This document shows, in pieces, positions 51,540 to 64,000 of a DNA stretch of 64,000 nt. The position numbers and the translations under genes are program-made. Source of the DNA: Moniliella sp. 'wahieum' (lineage: Eukaryota); contig RSEE01000058.1 in NCBI GenBank assembly GCA_003971905.1, positions 124,001-188,000 on the forward strand, written 5' to 3'. Position 1 is the stretch's first letter. The number at the start of each line of letters is the position of its first letter. A model generated the notes under the pieces. The model saw nothing but the letters and a program-made list of their open reading frames with translations, had not been told where the DNA came from and searched no databases.

Positions 51540-54188
51540 ATGTATGCGCATGCCTTTATGCCTCTTCTCTCTATCCCCTTTCTCTCTTTCATTATATGGG
51601 ATGAGACCACCGGACCTACGGCCCGGTCAGCTGGGGCTTCGCCCCAGCTTGGTGCTGCGTCGCCACCGTCGCCACCCTTCCCCCAAGAATAATGTCACGA
51701 ACGCTGGTGTAGGTGCGCAAAAAGGGATTGCAGCATATATGCCGGGGGATGTTCTTGATGGACGCCGGGATTGATGTATTGAGTGATTGAGCCAGAGTAG
51801 TTGTTGGGCCACATTTGAGCGGCTTGTGGGCTTCGGGAACCATGAGCCAGAGCTGCGCATAGCGAGGTCCATTCTGTTGTTCCGGCGGTGCGGGTTCCGG
51901 GTTGCGTTCATGGTACGTGACAGGATAAATTAAGGGGTCCAACTGCAGTATAAGTAGTGCCATGAAGGAGACCAATGAATACACTTCCCAACAGCATTTG
52001 CCAAGCGATGGCCATATTTGGCAATCCATGAGGTGAGAAAGGCCATCAACGTTCCATTGTACATATACGCATTTTGGACAACTGTTCTGTGGCTCGAGAC
52101 GGAAGCCGTCACGGATGCGTCCAAAAAGTTTTGGACAGGGGGGGCATGGCTTAAGATTGGGAATGTTCACCTTGCCTACATACTGAGCGTTAGAAGAGCA
52201 GGGCAAACAAGAGGAAGATGAACACACCTTGGCTGGAGCATATAGAGAGAAAAGTGAGGATTGATTGGGACGAATTATGGACATGTTCTTCTGCAAACAT
52301 GTAAGCGTTGGAGTAACTGCATATATATGATCTCTCCCAATGACAACTTCAGCGTGTTGTCTGTAGTTCTCACGCACATTACTAGGACCAAACACATCGC
52401 CCTCGACCCAGGCTGGATTATTGGCGGCCACACCGACAAAGGCATGACGGCCCGGGGCAACAACAGAATCCATGGTCATTTTGGAGCCACAATTGGGATA
52501 GTGTCTCCCTCATGTTAGAGGGTACTGCTAGGGTTCTCCTGCGCGGCCCTCAATGGATCGGTGACGCTCGCCTAGCCGAGCGGAAGCGTTCCGCTCGCAG
52601 GCCGCGCACGCCTGCTCGCTTCATCTCCCTTCTCTCTCTCCTTTCTCCTTCCCTTCAGACGTTGCTTGAAGACTTGTGGCTCACCACTTTGCCTTCACGC
52701 CTTGTCTGAAGGCTGCTTTGCAGCTGATCCTAGGATCGCGAGTGCTCCCAAGTCGCACTCTAGCACCTCAGAGAGAGACCTGGACCCTGCTCACGCGTAG
52801 CTAGTCATTGTATAGCCGAGTTGGCTTGCCCTCTGGACCTTTCCTCGAGAGACGCCTGGGACTTCTGCTCATAGTTAGTCAGTGTATAGCCGAGCTGACC
52901 TGCCCTCTGGTGCCTGTGCTTCTAGCCGAGCCGGTCTGCTCTCTGGTGCTTCCCTCAGAGACTCCTGCAGTCTTTCCTCATGCGTGGTTTGAACAGGTCG
53001 GTTTAGGCGTAGCTTTTCCCTGTCCCAGCCTTAAGCTCTGTGAATGATATGGATGCAGTATGGAGATGTGGCTGTATTGATACAAACTCCTTCCGACGTC
53101 TGAGGATAATTCAATCCCATCTCTTTCCCCTTTGCCAAATGAAGCCATCTGGCATACTATACCGGTTTGTCCAACAACAGGGTTTGATTCTTGCCCTCCT
53201 TTTTCTCCTTGGATCGATGAGGGACAGGTCAGAAGAGGGAGGGAATGATCCAAACATACATGAGAGAGCGACGAGTCAATGACAGAGGGTGTGCGGATGG
53301 TGCACGGTAGGATGCTCGATCAAGTACCGTGCCGACTGAGGTGGCGCAACAGCGGTGACGCCACCAGCGAACCGTATCCAACGGCGAAGGGAGCTGAACA
53401 TCGGGCAATGAGACCGTCACCGCCCCCGGCCTTGCCGCCGGTTAAGGTCCTGGTCCTGGTCCTGGTCCTGGTTCTGGTTCCGGCCCCGGCTCCCCCACAG
53501 TACCTAACATCGAGGCCGTCCCCCCGCGATTCACTCCACTCACCCACCTCGCCACCGCCTCATTCGCCCCCCTCTTCACCGGGCCCCAGGCAGCTTGGGC
53601 TTTGAGTCCTTCCCCCGCCCCCCCCCGGCTGGAAAGAGTTGAAGTGAATGAGATACGCCTGTAGCTGCCAGAAAGGTGGCAGCAGGGCCCAACGAAAGTA
53701 CCGTGGCCGACATGATGCAAGAGCCCTTGACCGTGCTTCCCAACGGGACGACACGGACTTCTTCGCTCCGCCTTCTCCACCTGGAGACGTCCCTCTGGCG
53801 CGGTAATACTGCACTCACAACATCATCATATGCCAGTGGATGAGGTCGTTCTGTCCTCTTCGCCATCACCTCTCCTTCCCCCTTCCCCTTCTTCTCGCTC
53901 GCCTCGTTGCTTGATTATTACTCGCTGGTCGTCTGTGGTTTAGAGACTAGGTGTCTGCAGGTCAGAGCCTTCACGCGTCCTTACAATTCCCTGGCATATT
54001 TCAGTCACTAGTCGCAGCCGCCTGTTTTGGCCTTGGAGCCAGCCAGTACCGCTGAGCCAAGAGCTCACCCGCTGAACCACTTACTCCTGACTCTGTGACG
54101 CTTGAAGACCTGATTAATGGGATTCCAATCGCTACCCGTGGTCTACCTTGGGCTCCACCGCCGCTACTTTCCTCGTGTTAGAGCCAAC
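51540..54188 (-). mobile_element. Decayed Ty1/copia element (LTR-like end, protease, integrase, SH3)
   Basis: VIDSSLSHVCLDHSL at ~53240-53283 (~WIIDSGASxHMC). The 287-aa ORF 51616-52479 has NPAWVEGDVFGP (~PLELVHSDVxGP), HERNPEPAPPEQQNG (~HExTxPxTPEQNG), LNTSIP..IKNIP and IILGGRVA (~LRVFGCxA); KGMRIH at ~51540 (~KGYRIY). TGTTGG on the minus strand at 54188 is a candidate LTR start. Confidence 0.65.
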
Positions 54189-54259
54189 ACACAGTTTTGT
54201 TGTCTCCTCCGTTCCCTCCCCCAAGTCATTATATTGTCGGCATAGCAACGCGCGCCTGC

Positions 54260-55448
54260 TCAAAAGTTCTTGATGATCGCGTCGGTGAATTGCTGCGTGG
54301 TGGCTGTGCCGCCCATGTCGGGCGTGCCAATGCGGTTCTCCGAGATGACCTTGTACAGCGAGTTGGCAATCGAGTTGGCCTGGGCGTTGAGACCAAGGTG
54401 GCGCAGCATCATCGTCGACGAAAGCAGCATCGCCGTCGGGTTGGCCTTGCCTGTGCCCTCAATGTCCTTGGCCACGTGCCGGCAGCCCGGCTCGTACAGC
54501 GCGTATTCCCGCCCAATGTTGGCGCCTGGGATCACACCGGGCCCGCCTACCAGCGCAGCACCAATGTTGGAAACAATGTTGCCGTACAAGTTGGGGGTGA
54601 CGACCACGTCAAACTGCTGCGGGTTGCTGACCAGCTGCATGGACGTGTTGTCGACAATCATCGCGTTGTGCGTAATGCCAGCATGGGTGTACTCCTTGGC
54701 CACGTCGTTAAAGGTACGGAGGAAGAGACCGTCACCGAGCTTCATAATGTTGGCCTTGTGCACGCACGTCACCTTTTTGCGGCCGTTGCGCACAGCAAAG
54801 TCAAATGCGAAGCGGGCAATGCGCTCCGCCTTGGCGCGCGTCGAGACCTTGAGCGACTCGACGACACCAGGGTAGGACTGGTGCTCGAGCCCCGAGTACT
54901 CGCCCTCGGTGTTCTCGCGAATAATGACAAAGTCCACGTTGGGGTGGCGCGTGGGGTGGCCGGGCAGGGTCTTGCAAATGACCATGGAGGCGTAAATGTC
55001 GAGCTGCTGGCGCATGGCCACGTTCCACGAGTTGTGGCTGCCGGCCTCGATGGGGGTGTAGAAGATGCCTGGGATGGGGGTTAGTACGGCAGGGGCAGGC
55101 GGTGCAGTGCAGGGGGGAGGAGCGTACCCTTGAGGCCGACCTTGTTGCGCTGGAGCGACTGCATGGCATCCTGGAACAGGGCCTCGCTGCCGTGGGTCTC
55201 GCCGAGACGTCGAACTCCTCCCACTCGACGGGGACGTTGATGGACTCGAAGACCTGCTTGACCGAGTGGGTGACCTCCTTGCCGATGCCGTCGCCGGGGC
55301 AGAGGGTGACGACGGACACGCCGCCGTACTTCTTGGGGAGGGCGGCGACGTCGTCGAGGCTGAGGGTGGACATGGCGCGGGCCGCGAGGCGCGGGGCGGG
55401 GGCGGCGCGGAGGGCGCGGGCAAGACCGAGGCTGCGCGGGAGGGCCAT
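54260..55448 (-). CDS. IDH1: Mitochondrial NAD-dependent isocitrate dehydrogenase, regulatory subunit 1
   Basis: PKKYGGVSVVTLCPGDGIGKE; GLK|GIFYTP (intron 55127-55069); [53 protein letters not shown]. Confidence 0.95.
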
Positions 55449-55947
55449 GGCGGGGGGCGGGGTGGAGGGAGGGGAGGAGAAGCGCCGTGCGGGTGTTTTG
55501 ATTTGTTTTTGGGATTGGATTTGGCCAGGCGTCGTGGGTGGGCTGCTGGCTCTGCTGGCTGGGCTGCGTCGTCGGGCTGGGCCGGGAAGAAGCGGGGGAC
55601 GCCTGCATCGAACTCTCAGTGCGGGCGAGCGCAGCAGGCAGGGCGCCAGTGTTGGCTGGCCTGCCAGGAGACAACCCTAGCGCTGTGTGCATGCTGGCGG
55701 TGCTCCCCGCGTGGAGTGCAGCGCTGGCGCCGTGCGGACGCTGGGGTCAGTGTGTGCATCTAAGCAGCATGCCTGCCGTCTGCTGGCCAGCCGCCTGTTT
55801 GTAACCCCCCGACGCAACCCATTTCAATCCAGCCCACGCCAGCCCAGCCCAGCCACCACCCACGCCCAAGGCCAGCCACAGCCCCACTCTGCCCGCTTCT
55901 TACTCTCTTCTTCCTGCTGCTGCCCCCACCACCCCCCGCCTAGCCCC
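55449..55947. promoter_or_regulatory. Putative bidirectional promoter of IDH1 and IDH2
   Basis: About 500 bp between divergent start codons at 55448 (minus) and 55948 (plus). Confidence 0.6.
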
Positions 55948-57095
55948 ATGCTTGCCCTCCCCGCCCTCCGCACGGGCCTCGGCGCCGCCTCCCTCCGCCC
56001 TGCCCTCGCCCGCGCCGCCGCCCACCCTCGCCCGTGGCCTCCAAACCCCCCGGCGGCGTCACCACCGCGTACGCCAAGCAGCCCGAGGCCGACGGCAAGT
56101 ACCTCGTCACCCTTGTGCCTGGCGACGGCATTGGCCCCGAGGTCGCCGACGCCGTCAAGAACATCTACCACGCCGCCGACGTGCCCATCAAGTGGGAGGA
56201 GGTCGAGGTCACGCCCTACATCAACGAGCACGGCAAGTCCACCATCCCTGCCGACGCCGTCAAGAGCATTCGCCAAAACACCGTCGCCCTCAAGGGCCCG
56301 CTCGCCACGCCCATCGGCAAGGGCCACGTCTCGCTCAACCTGACGCTGCGCCGGACGTTCAAGTTGTATGCCAATGTGCGTCCGTGCCGCTCGATCGAGG
56401 GCTTCAAGACGGCCTACGACAATGTCAACACGGTTCTCATTCGGGAAAACACCGAGGGCGAGTACTCGGGCATTGAGCACGAGATTGTGGATGGGGTGGT
56501 GCAGTCCATCAAGCTCATCACGCTCGAGGCGTCCGAACGCGTCGCTCGCTACGCGTTCCACCATGCGCAGCAGAGCGGGCGGAAGCGGGTGACGGCAGTG
56601 CACAAGGCCAACATTATGCGCATGTCCGACGGCATGTTCCTCCACGCCTGCCGCTCCGTCGCCAAGGAGTACCCAGACATTGCGTACGACGAGGACCTGC
56701 TGGACCGTGCCTGCTTGCGGATCGTGCAGGACCCGGCGCCCTACTCGGACCGCGTGATGGTCATGCCCAACCTGTACGGTGACATTTTGTCCGACATGTG
56801 CGCCGGTCTGATTGGTGGCCTGGGGCTCACGCCCTCGGGCAACATTGGGTACGATGCCAGCATCTTTGAAGCGGTGCATGGCTCGGCCCCGGACATCCAG
56901 GGCATGGACAAGGCCAACCCGACGGCGCTGCTGCTTTCGTCGATTATGATGCTGCGTCACATGAGCCTCTTCGACAAGGCCGACAAGATCGAGGCCGCTG
57001 TCTTCAAGGCCATTGCCGAGGGCCAACGCACCGGCGACTTGGGCGGCAAGCTTGGCACGCGTGCGTTTACCGACGAGATCATCAAGCGCCTCTAA
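55948..57095 (+). CDS. IDH2: Mitochondrial NAD-dependent isocitrate dehydrogenase, catalytic subunit 2
   Basis: Presequence [17 protein letters not shown] (frameshift near 56030); [57 protein letters not shown]. Confidence 0.95.
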
Positions 57096-57856
57096 GAGGA
57101 CAGTCTCGTGATTCTGTGCTTTGTAGACCAAGCGGAACGCTATGAAAACGATTCAATCGGCAAGCCGGCTGGTATGCTATCTATCCCACGTCCCTTCCCT
57201 GGTGGCTAAAGTGTGATAGATATAATTAGGGCGTGAAGCCATGAAAAGATGCCGGGAGTGGTTTGGTAGTAGGTAGCGGAGATGACGGAGGGAGGTATGA
57301 TGGCTCTGGCCACAGACCTGACACATTTCTCTGTTTGGTTGCGTAGTTGCAGATGGTGTGTCGCAGTCATTCAGCCTCCCTGGGGCGTCCAACGAGTAGT
57401 GACGGGTGGGCGAACGACGTTGTTCTGCTCAAGCTCGCGGTTGGAAGCTCGCGGTTGGAGAGCATGCGAAGCGAAGTGGCTGCTGGGGAGGCATCCGAGG
57501 CAGTGGCAGCGCATCAACCATCGGTGGATCTGCCTCAGCCGGGCTGGCCTGTCTGCCTTGCTATACACAGAGCCGGCAGGACGCATTCAGGCATCGTCAT
57601 GCACCATTCCTCCCGCAGCAGCTGGCAGCGCTGTGGGGCCGCATGGGGGCTGTCCTGCCGTCCCCAGCGTCGGCGTGGACACTGCCCCTGCGCGGCATCC
57701 TGGCACACGATCATCCATCAGTCCTCCGTAACGCGTAACACTCAATCCTATAGGCGCTGGGATGGCATGCTCTGCGTCCCTATAAAAAACGCATCTGAGC
57801 TATGCCTCGCCCTCCTGCCACCCACATCGCCTCCTGCCCCCCAGCCATCCCCGCCC

Positions 57857-60800
57857 ATGTCCACCCCCAAGGGGAAGCTGTATGCGCAACAACTCAACCA
57901 GGCGCGGATGCGCGGAGATGAGTATTATGACGCCGACCAAGACCGCTCCAGCCCCCCTCTACCCTCCTCGTCCGCGCCTTCCTCGTCCGATCAACGCAAG
58001 ACGGCTGGTGGGCTAAAAGAGGACCGGTTGGGCCGCTTCGCCAGCGGGACAGTTCCTGAGCTGGCCCGCAAGTACGCCAAGCACAATCCCTACGACACGG
58101 TTGTGGCGCAAGTGGCGGTGGCTGAGTACGAGCTACGCAGTTTCCTACGTGTCTACTGGGCCAGCCAGCATGGGATGGCCCACGGCCACGCAGGGATGGT
58201 GGCTGACTGTGCGCGTCCCGACGGTCGTACACATACCCCTGCTATTTTCTCTCCCACTGTGCCCCCCACGGGATCGGGGCTCGGGTGGGACGCGGAGCAG
58301 TACGCATGTATCGTAGCCAACCTCGAGTGGTTGCACAAGAGGACCGTGGGTACGACGCAACACTTATCCACCACAGCGCTGTTGGCCTATGCGTATCTGA
58401 ATGCCGGTCGGGACGAGGCGGTGGTGAGGGTGGTGCACGATGCACAACTGATCGAGGCAGTGGAGTTGACGGACCCGTCTTATGCGCGGTCTCATGCCGA
58501 TGAAGATTACGATATGGTGCTTCTCCTACTTGGCTTTGTAGTCTATGGCCAAGCCAATGAGCGCATGCACCTCCGTCACCCCTCGGTGGGATACCGTCCA
58601 TTCTGCTTGGCTGGGTACACAAGAGCGATTGAGCTGTACACCCGTGTGCGTCGTACGCGACTGCCATCGAGCCCGGTGGACGAGTTGGACCGGTGGGCCG
58701 AGGTGGCGCTGTACCGGACCGCGCTCCTGACCGTGCGCGAAGCACCGACGACGGAGGACGTGCAACTGGGGCTCAATGCACTGCGAGCTTACCAGGCCAA
58801 AGCGACCTCTTGGCCCATCACTTTCCGTCCCACCCAGCGCGCCATCATCTACCGCACCTACCTCGACGTACTTAATCGTACCGTCGTGCAGCACTCTTAT
58901 CTCTCGCCCCCCCTGCCCCCGGAACCTGGACAACACGACCCCCGCTTACTACTCTACCAGATCAACGTGATCCACACCCTTGCGGCAAGTGTACCGTTGC
59001 GGGCGAACAGCGCAGCCAGTAGTTCGGCCGGGATGAGGCACCAACTCTCTCGCTTGGTTGTATGGGACCAACCGCTCATACTGTGGTCAGCCGTACCGTT
59101 TCGACTCGCAGGCCCCACCCCTACCGCATCCTGCGTCCTGCCCTACCCGTGTGGACTGAAGAGGTCTACGCGGTGATACATGCACTTCCTCTCGTCCTTG
59201 AGCATGTCAAGAGCTTCCCATTGGCGGGGGAGACTAACGTGCTTGCTCTTGAGCTGGCCAAAGCGATGATGGTCTCGTGGAAGCTCAGTGGACAAGAAGG
59301 TGACGCGGTAGCAGACACAGTGGTAAAGGTACCGTATTATCCCCCCCCCCCCACATACACAGCTGAAATCACAACTTAAGGCTTCGTACTGATCCGTGGT
59401 GTATAGGCCCTCCATGCCTTGACGCGCCTCACATTTGGCTCGCACTTGGTCGCCCGCAGTCTGGTTGAGGCCTTGATGGTAGCAGAGCAATACGAAGAGG
59501 CGGAGCGAGCGTTGCGCTTGTACGTCGAGCTGGTGGACAAGGCTCGGGAACAGGTCAAGCCCGAAACCAAAGATGGCAGTAGTGGCGGCAAGAAGGAGAT
59601 TGGGCAAGATGCAGCGGAACCCCCGGGAGAGCCCACTGAGGGAGCGACATACATTGTCGACGATCGGGATGACAGCGCGACGTATGCCCGTATGCTGATC
59701 TACGGCGCGCGGCTGCTGGGGAAGTATCGGCGCAAGTACCGCGATGCAGACCAGTTGGCGCGTCGAGCTGTAGAAGTAGTACTTGTACCGTCCGATGATG
59801 GGATGATGATACCTGCGTTTGCCCAACCGAGTGAAACGGAGGAGGTGCAGCTGAGCTGTGCCCAGCTCGTGGGTTTAGTCAAGCGTGGAGCCGGGATTTC
59901 CCGGCTCGCTCTTGCTACCACACTTGCCCAGCCCTCTGGGCGTGAAAGGCTGCAACAGGAAGCACTGGTGTTGCTCCTGGAATCGAGCCAAGCCGACCCA
60001 CAAGCTGCCGAGACGTTCTACCATCTGGCATGGCTACAAACCCAATTGCACGACGTTCCTCGTGCCACAGCCTCGGTGCGCAAGGCAATCGAATTGGAGC
60101 CGGCGTCAATAGAGTCTTGGCATCTTCTCGTGCTTCTGCTCTCCAGCACGAAGAACTATAAGGATGCTCTTCGGATCGCCACGGGTGCGCTGAAAGAGGC
60201 GGAAAAGGACGCGGAGCTTGATCGCGAAGTGGCCCCTCGTCGTGGTGAAGACCCGGGCTCTTCCCTGGTTGCTGAAGCGAACCTGGAAGAGGCGTACAAC
60301 TACAACTACGGTCCGGAAGAAGTGGTGGAACTGCGTACCGAATTGTTGTCCTACGACTTCCCCCCTACCCGTCGGGACCATTCCCAATCCATGGTTCAAC
60401 TGCACATCACCTGCAACGTCCTGCAAGAGCTTGTGGCGGGAACAGCAGCAGCGTTGGAAGGGCAAAAAGCGATGTTTGGGTACTTCGGTACCCATGTATC
60501 CAGCCATGCCATTGATCAGCCGATGAAGCAGAGGGGCCACAACGGCCTCCCGCCGGCCAATACCCAGACCAATGCTCCCCCTCCAATTGATTCCACCGCC
60601 CCCCCTCTCTGGGTACGTTCCTCCTGGTTCTCACTTTACTTCGCTTCTCCATGGCAGAGTTGGATTGGAAGCGGGTCCGTACCGTACCCGAACTGGTCTG
60701 GGACTGAGCGGAGCAAATACTGCTCCCACGAGGGCCAGACTTGGACATGCAAGGCCTGGGAAGGAGATTACCGCTGTTGCATCATCTCCCCCCCCTCCAC

Positions 60801-61613
60801 CGGCTACTATTGTTACGATGAAGACGGACAAGGCGGCGCACCAGGCCGAGAGCTGGCTCCCCCACAGGTGGCTCAGCTTGGGCTACAGTTCGTCGAACCC
60901 AGTATGCACAATGGGAATCTGGACTGCTGGCGCGTCTCTGGCTCCGGAGCGCAGCGACCTTCCGTCGCGCCGGGCAACTTGCCGAGTGTCGTGCGGCGAT
61001 TCAGGAAGCCGAACGGGCCATGCCGGACTTGGCAGCGGTCTGGATTGAGTTGGGACTGTACCATGTGATGCAGAACAATCGGTGCACTCCAGCGATCCAA
61101 TGTTTGTACAAGGCTTTAGCGTGTGACCGTGACTCGGTACCAGCCCGCGTTCACCTAGCTCGCTTGCTCCTTTCTTTTCCCGAGGACAATACCCCAAGCA
61201 CGGCGGCAAATGCAACGCTTAAAGACTGGAAAGCGACTGTACCAGTCCGTTCCCTTGGGTCTTCGCTGCAAGAACAGCAAGACACCAGTGCGGGGAGAGA
61301 CGAGGAAAAGGTGATGAAACGCGAGTCGACCATGCCAACTCTGTTGCCAGGCCCGAGTGTAGTAGGTTCTGGTTCTGCCGAGAAAGAGAATCCGGGGTAC
61401 ACAACGTCGCTTTCGGTAGCTGAGGGCGTGCTCACGTACACCACTGATGGGATGGGATGGGACGTACCCGAAGCTTGGCTTTACCTTGGCCAGGTGGCCC
61501 GCCAAACTCGTCGTGCCGAACGTGCTGTTCAGTACCTTCAATATGCACTGTGGCTCGAACAGAGTACGCCTGTGCGCTGCCTGAACGACGCGGTGCCTTT
61601 GTTCTCCATTTGA
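57857..61613 (+). CDS. YPP1: TPR protein of the Ypp1/TTC7 family (PI4-kinase complex scaffold)
   Basis: N-terminus KLYAQQLNQARMRG...VPELARKYAKHNP; intron 59329-59406; TPR segments FYHLAWLQTQLHDVPRA..VRKAIELEP..IESWHLLVLLLS; C-terminal GWDVPEAWLYLG...ALWLEQSTPVR. Frameshifted. Confidence 0.8.
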
Positions 61614-62307
61614 TCGCGCTTTCTCTCTGCTATACGCTTATACGTTTCTCTCTCGACACACAATCAGTGTGTGTACAGTGGATCTCACCTTAGAATGCTC
61701 GCCCTTCAATATAATTACTGCCCCCCTATTACTGATGGTTCACTGTTTCAGATCGCTCGCACGATGCCATTTCCATGGGCATATATACTCCCCTCGCTGT
61801 CCGCTTTTTTACCTGCGTCTATAACCGACTACGGCTGATCTGTCCTTCTCTTCAAGCTTCAAGCAATGAAATTCTTTGTAGTAGAGGCACTATGACAACC
61901 GCGGGGCGGGAAGAACCTGTCTGCAGTGCTCAAAACGTCCTGTCACCTGCAAATTAAGCGTGGCATCTTACTCTGTATGTGGAGAGGGAAGAGAAAAGAC
62001 CATTCGGGCCTCAGGGAATACCGGATAGCCTACAATCATAGACTTCCTTGGAGCCTTCCTTCGATTGCTCCCGCGATTGGGGGATGAGGGGGACGAAAGT
62101 GCTCAACACGACTATAGTATACTACCTCAGGGTCTTCCAGAGTATCCTATCTCGTTTCCTCTAAGCCCGGCGATAGACGTATTCTGCTGCATATGCAGCT
62201 TCTAATAGCTATATCCTTCCTCTTTCCCCTTCCCTACTGGAAAACTGGCGGTACCCGTGGAACACGCATAGATTCAAGGGACACGTATCCGAGGACGAGC
62301 GGTAGCG

Positions 62308-63794
62308 TTAGCGGTCCACCTCGCCGAACACCAAGTCCATGGTGCCAATGATGGCGACCATGTCTGCCACATCGTGGTGACGGGAGATCATGTCGGCGCC
62401 GGCGAGATGGAGGAATCCTGGGGCACGGATGCGGCACCGGTACGGCCGGTTGGTTCCGTCCGAGACAGGTAGACACCCATCTCGCCCTTGGCGCCTCGAT
62501 CGCCGCATACGTTTCACCGGGCGGGACATTGAAGTTTTGGGAAAAGAACTTAAAGTGATGGATCAGGCTCTCCATGCTTTCCTTCATGTTGGCCCGGGGG
62601 GGCGCGGTGAGCTTGTGGTCGTCGACCTTGACTTGACCAGGTGGCATCTTGTTGATGCACTGTTCGATGATCCGCAGCGACTGCCGCATCTCCTCCACCC
62701 GGCACAGTACGGTCAAAGCAATCGCCATTCTTACCCACCGGCACCTCGAATTCCACCTCGCCAAACTTTTCGTGGCTGGCTCTTGCGCAAGTCCCATGGG
62801 ATCCCACTTCCGCGCAACATCGGTCCGCTAAAGCCATAGTTCAGTGCCTGGTCCGCGGTTACCCGACCAATGCCCACCGTCCGCAGCTGCCAGATCCGGT
62901 TGCCCGTCACCACTTCTTCCACCTCGTCCAGGCGCGAGCTAAACTGGGACGCCCAGACATGAATGTCATCCAGCAAGCCGACCGGGGTCAAGGCGACGCC
63001 ACCTGGGCGGAAGTAAGCGGCGTGCAAGCGCGCGCCACAGACGCGCTCATAGAATTCCATGAGCTTCTCGCGTTCCTCAAACCCCACAAGAAGGGCGTGA
63101 GACCACCAACGTCCATCACATGGGACAGGACCGCCATCAAGTGATTGTTGAGGCGGGAAATTTCCGAGTAGAGGGTCCGGATCCATGCGCCCGCTCTGGC
63201 ACCTCAATGTTCAGTAGCTTCTCCACCGCCCGGACGTAGCACAGCTCATTGGTCATGGCCGAGGAGTAATCCAGACGATCAAAGTAAGGCATGGCTTGAG
63301 TATAGTTCTTGTACTCGATCAACTTCTCCGTGCCGCGGTGCAAGAGCCCAACGTGCGGGTCGGCACGCAGGATCTCCTCGCCATTGAGTTCGAGGATGAG
63401 ACGCAATACGCCATGCGCAGCCGGGTGTGAGGACCAAAGTTGATGGTAAAGTGGCGCATGTTGGCTTCCTTGCGCGAACTGGCCTCCTTGTAGATCGCGT
63501 TCGACATTTCGATCGAGGCACGGAGAACAATGCGGTCGCCATATGGGTCATGGTCCACAGTGGTCGGGGTGGTGATGACAGGAATACGTTTATCGAAAAA
63601 CCCATGCTCCAGACGATGCGGGTTGGCGCTCCCGGGCGGCACCTCGTATTTCGGCAGGGCTTCTTCGTCATTGGCCGCCCGGGCGGACGACGCGAGGCGG
63701 CGGACAGGAACGCAGCGCGCCGCACCACGCTCGACCACGAAGGCGACGCGCACGCATGTGCACGCAGTGCGCTGGAGAAGAGCGAAGAGCGCAT
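62308..63794 (-). CDS. NDUFS2: NADH:ubiquinone oxidoreductase 49 kDa subunit (NDUFS2/NUCM)
   Basis: [96 protein letters not shown]. Frameshifted. Confidence 0.95.
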
Positions 63795-64000
63795 GGTCAG
63801 CAGCGGGGAACAGGAACGCTGCAGAGACCGCTGGGCTCGGCGTCGCCGTCGTCGTCGTGGGGAGAGCGGCGACGGGATGGGATGGGCGAGGGGATGGACA
63901 GGTGAAATGTGCACTGCTCAGGCTGAGCGCTGACCGATCGATGATCCTCCGCCGGCGCCTTCTGGCTTATTAATTCGGCCTGGGCCAGACAGGCCGCATG

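Noticed and set aside
53447..53490. (GGTCCT)n and other hexamer or trimer runs (25873 GCGAAT, 26120 GGCTTC, 51157 CCCAAT, 45960 GTC)
   Set aside because: Ordinary slippage microsatellites, mostly in low-complexity coding tracts.
55824..57131. 435-aa minus-strand ORF, and similar long antisense ORFs at 28765-29685, 35235-36371 and 54197-55084
   Set aside because: Antisense to IDH2, ADH, the Cys-rich protein and IDH1; expected from GC-rich codon bias.

Overview
GC-rich, intron-poor fungal genomic DNA. Gene content, short GT-AG introns with CTRAC/CTRAY-type branch sites and intron-containing tRNAs suggest a basidiomycete, probably Ustilaginomycotina-like (inference). Recognisable genes are RNH203-like, RPS26, U2AF small subunit, fumarate reductase with cytochrome b5, CLA4-type PAK kinase, REX4-like exonuclease, PRE4, alcohol dehydrogenase, PXA2-type ABCD transporter, RPC34, SYN8, a head-to-head IDH1/IDH2 pair, YPP1/TTC7-like and the complex I 49 kDa subunit, plus tRNA-Gly(GCC) and tRNA-Glu(CTC). 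Nearly every gene carries single-base frameshifts, most likely unpolished long-read errors, so gene ends are approximate. The gene-free gaps hold heavily decayed Ty1/copia fragments. The most unusual signal is a dispersed intergenic grammar of 7-bp-period repeats of the form (T-N-A + 4-bp palindrome)n, using many different palindromes, concentrated upstream of genes and often between retroelement relics and genes. Splicing-related oddities also occur: U2AF1 altered at the S34- and Q157-equivalent positions, a degenerate Lsm7, strong +4C bias at 5' splice sites, and an RPS26 start codon split by an intron.
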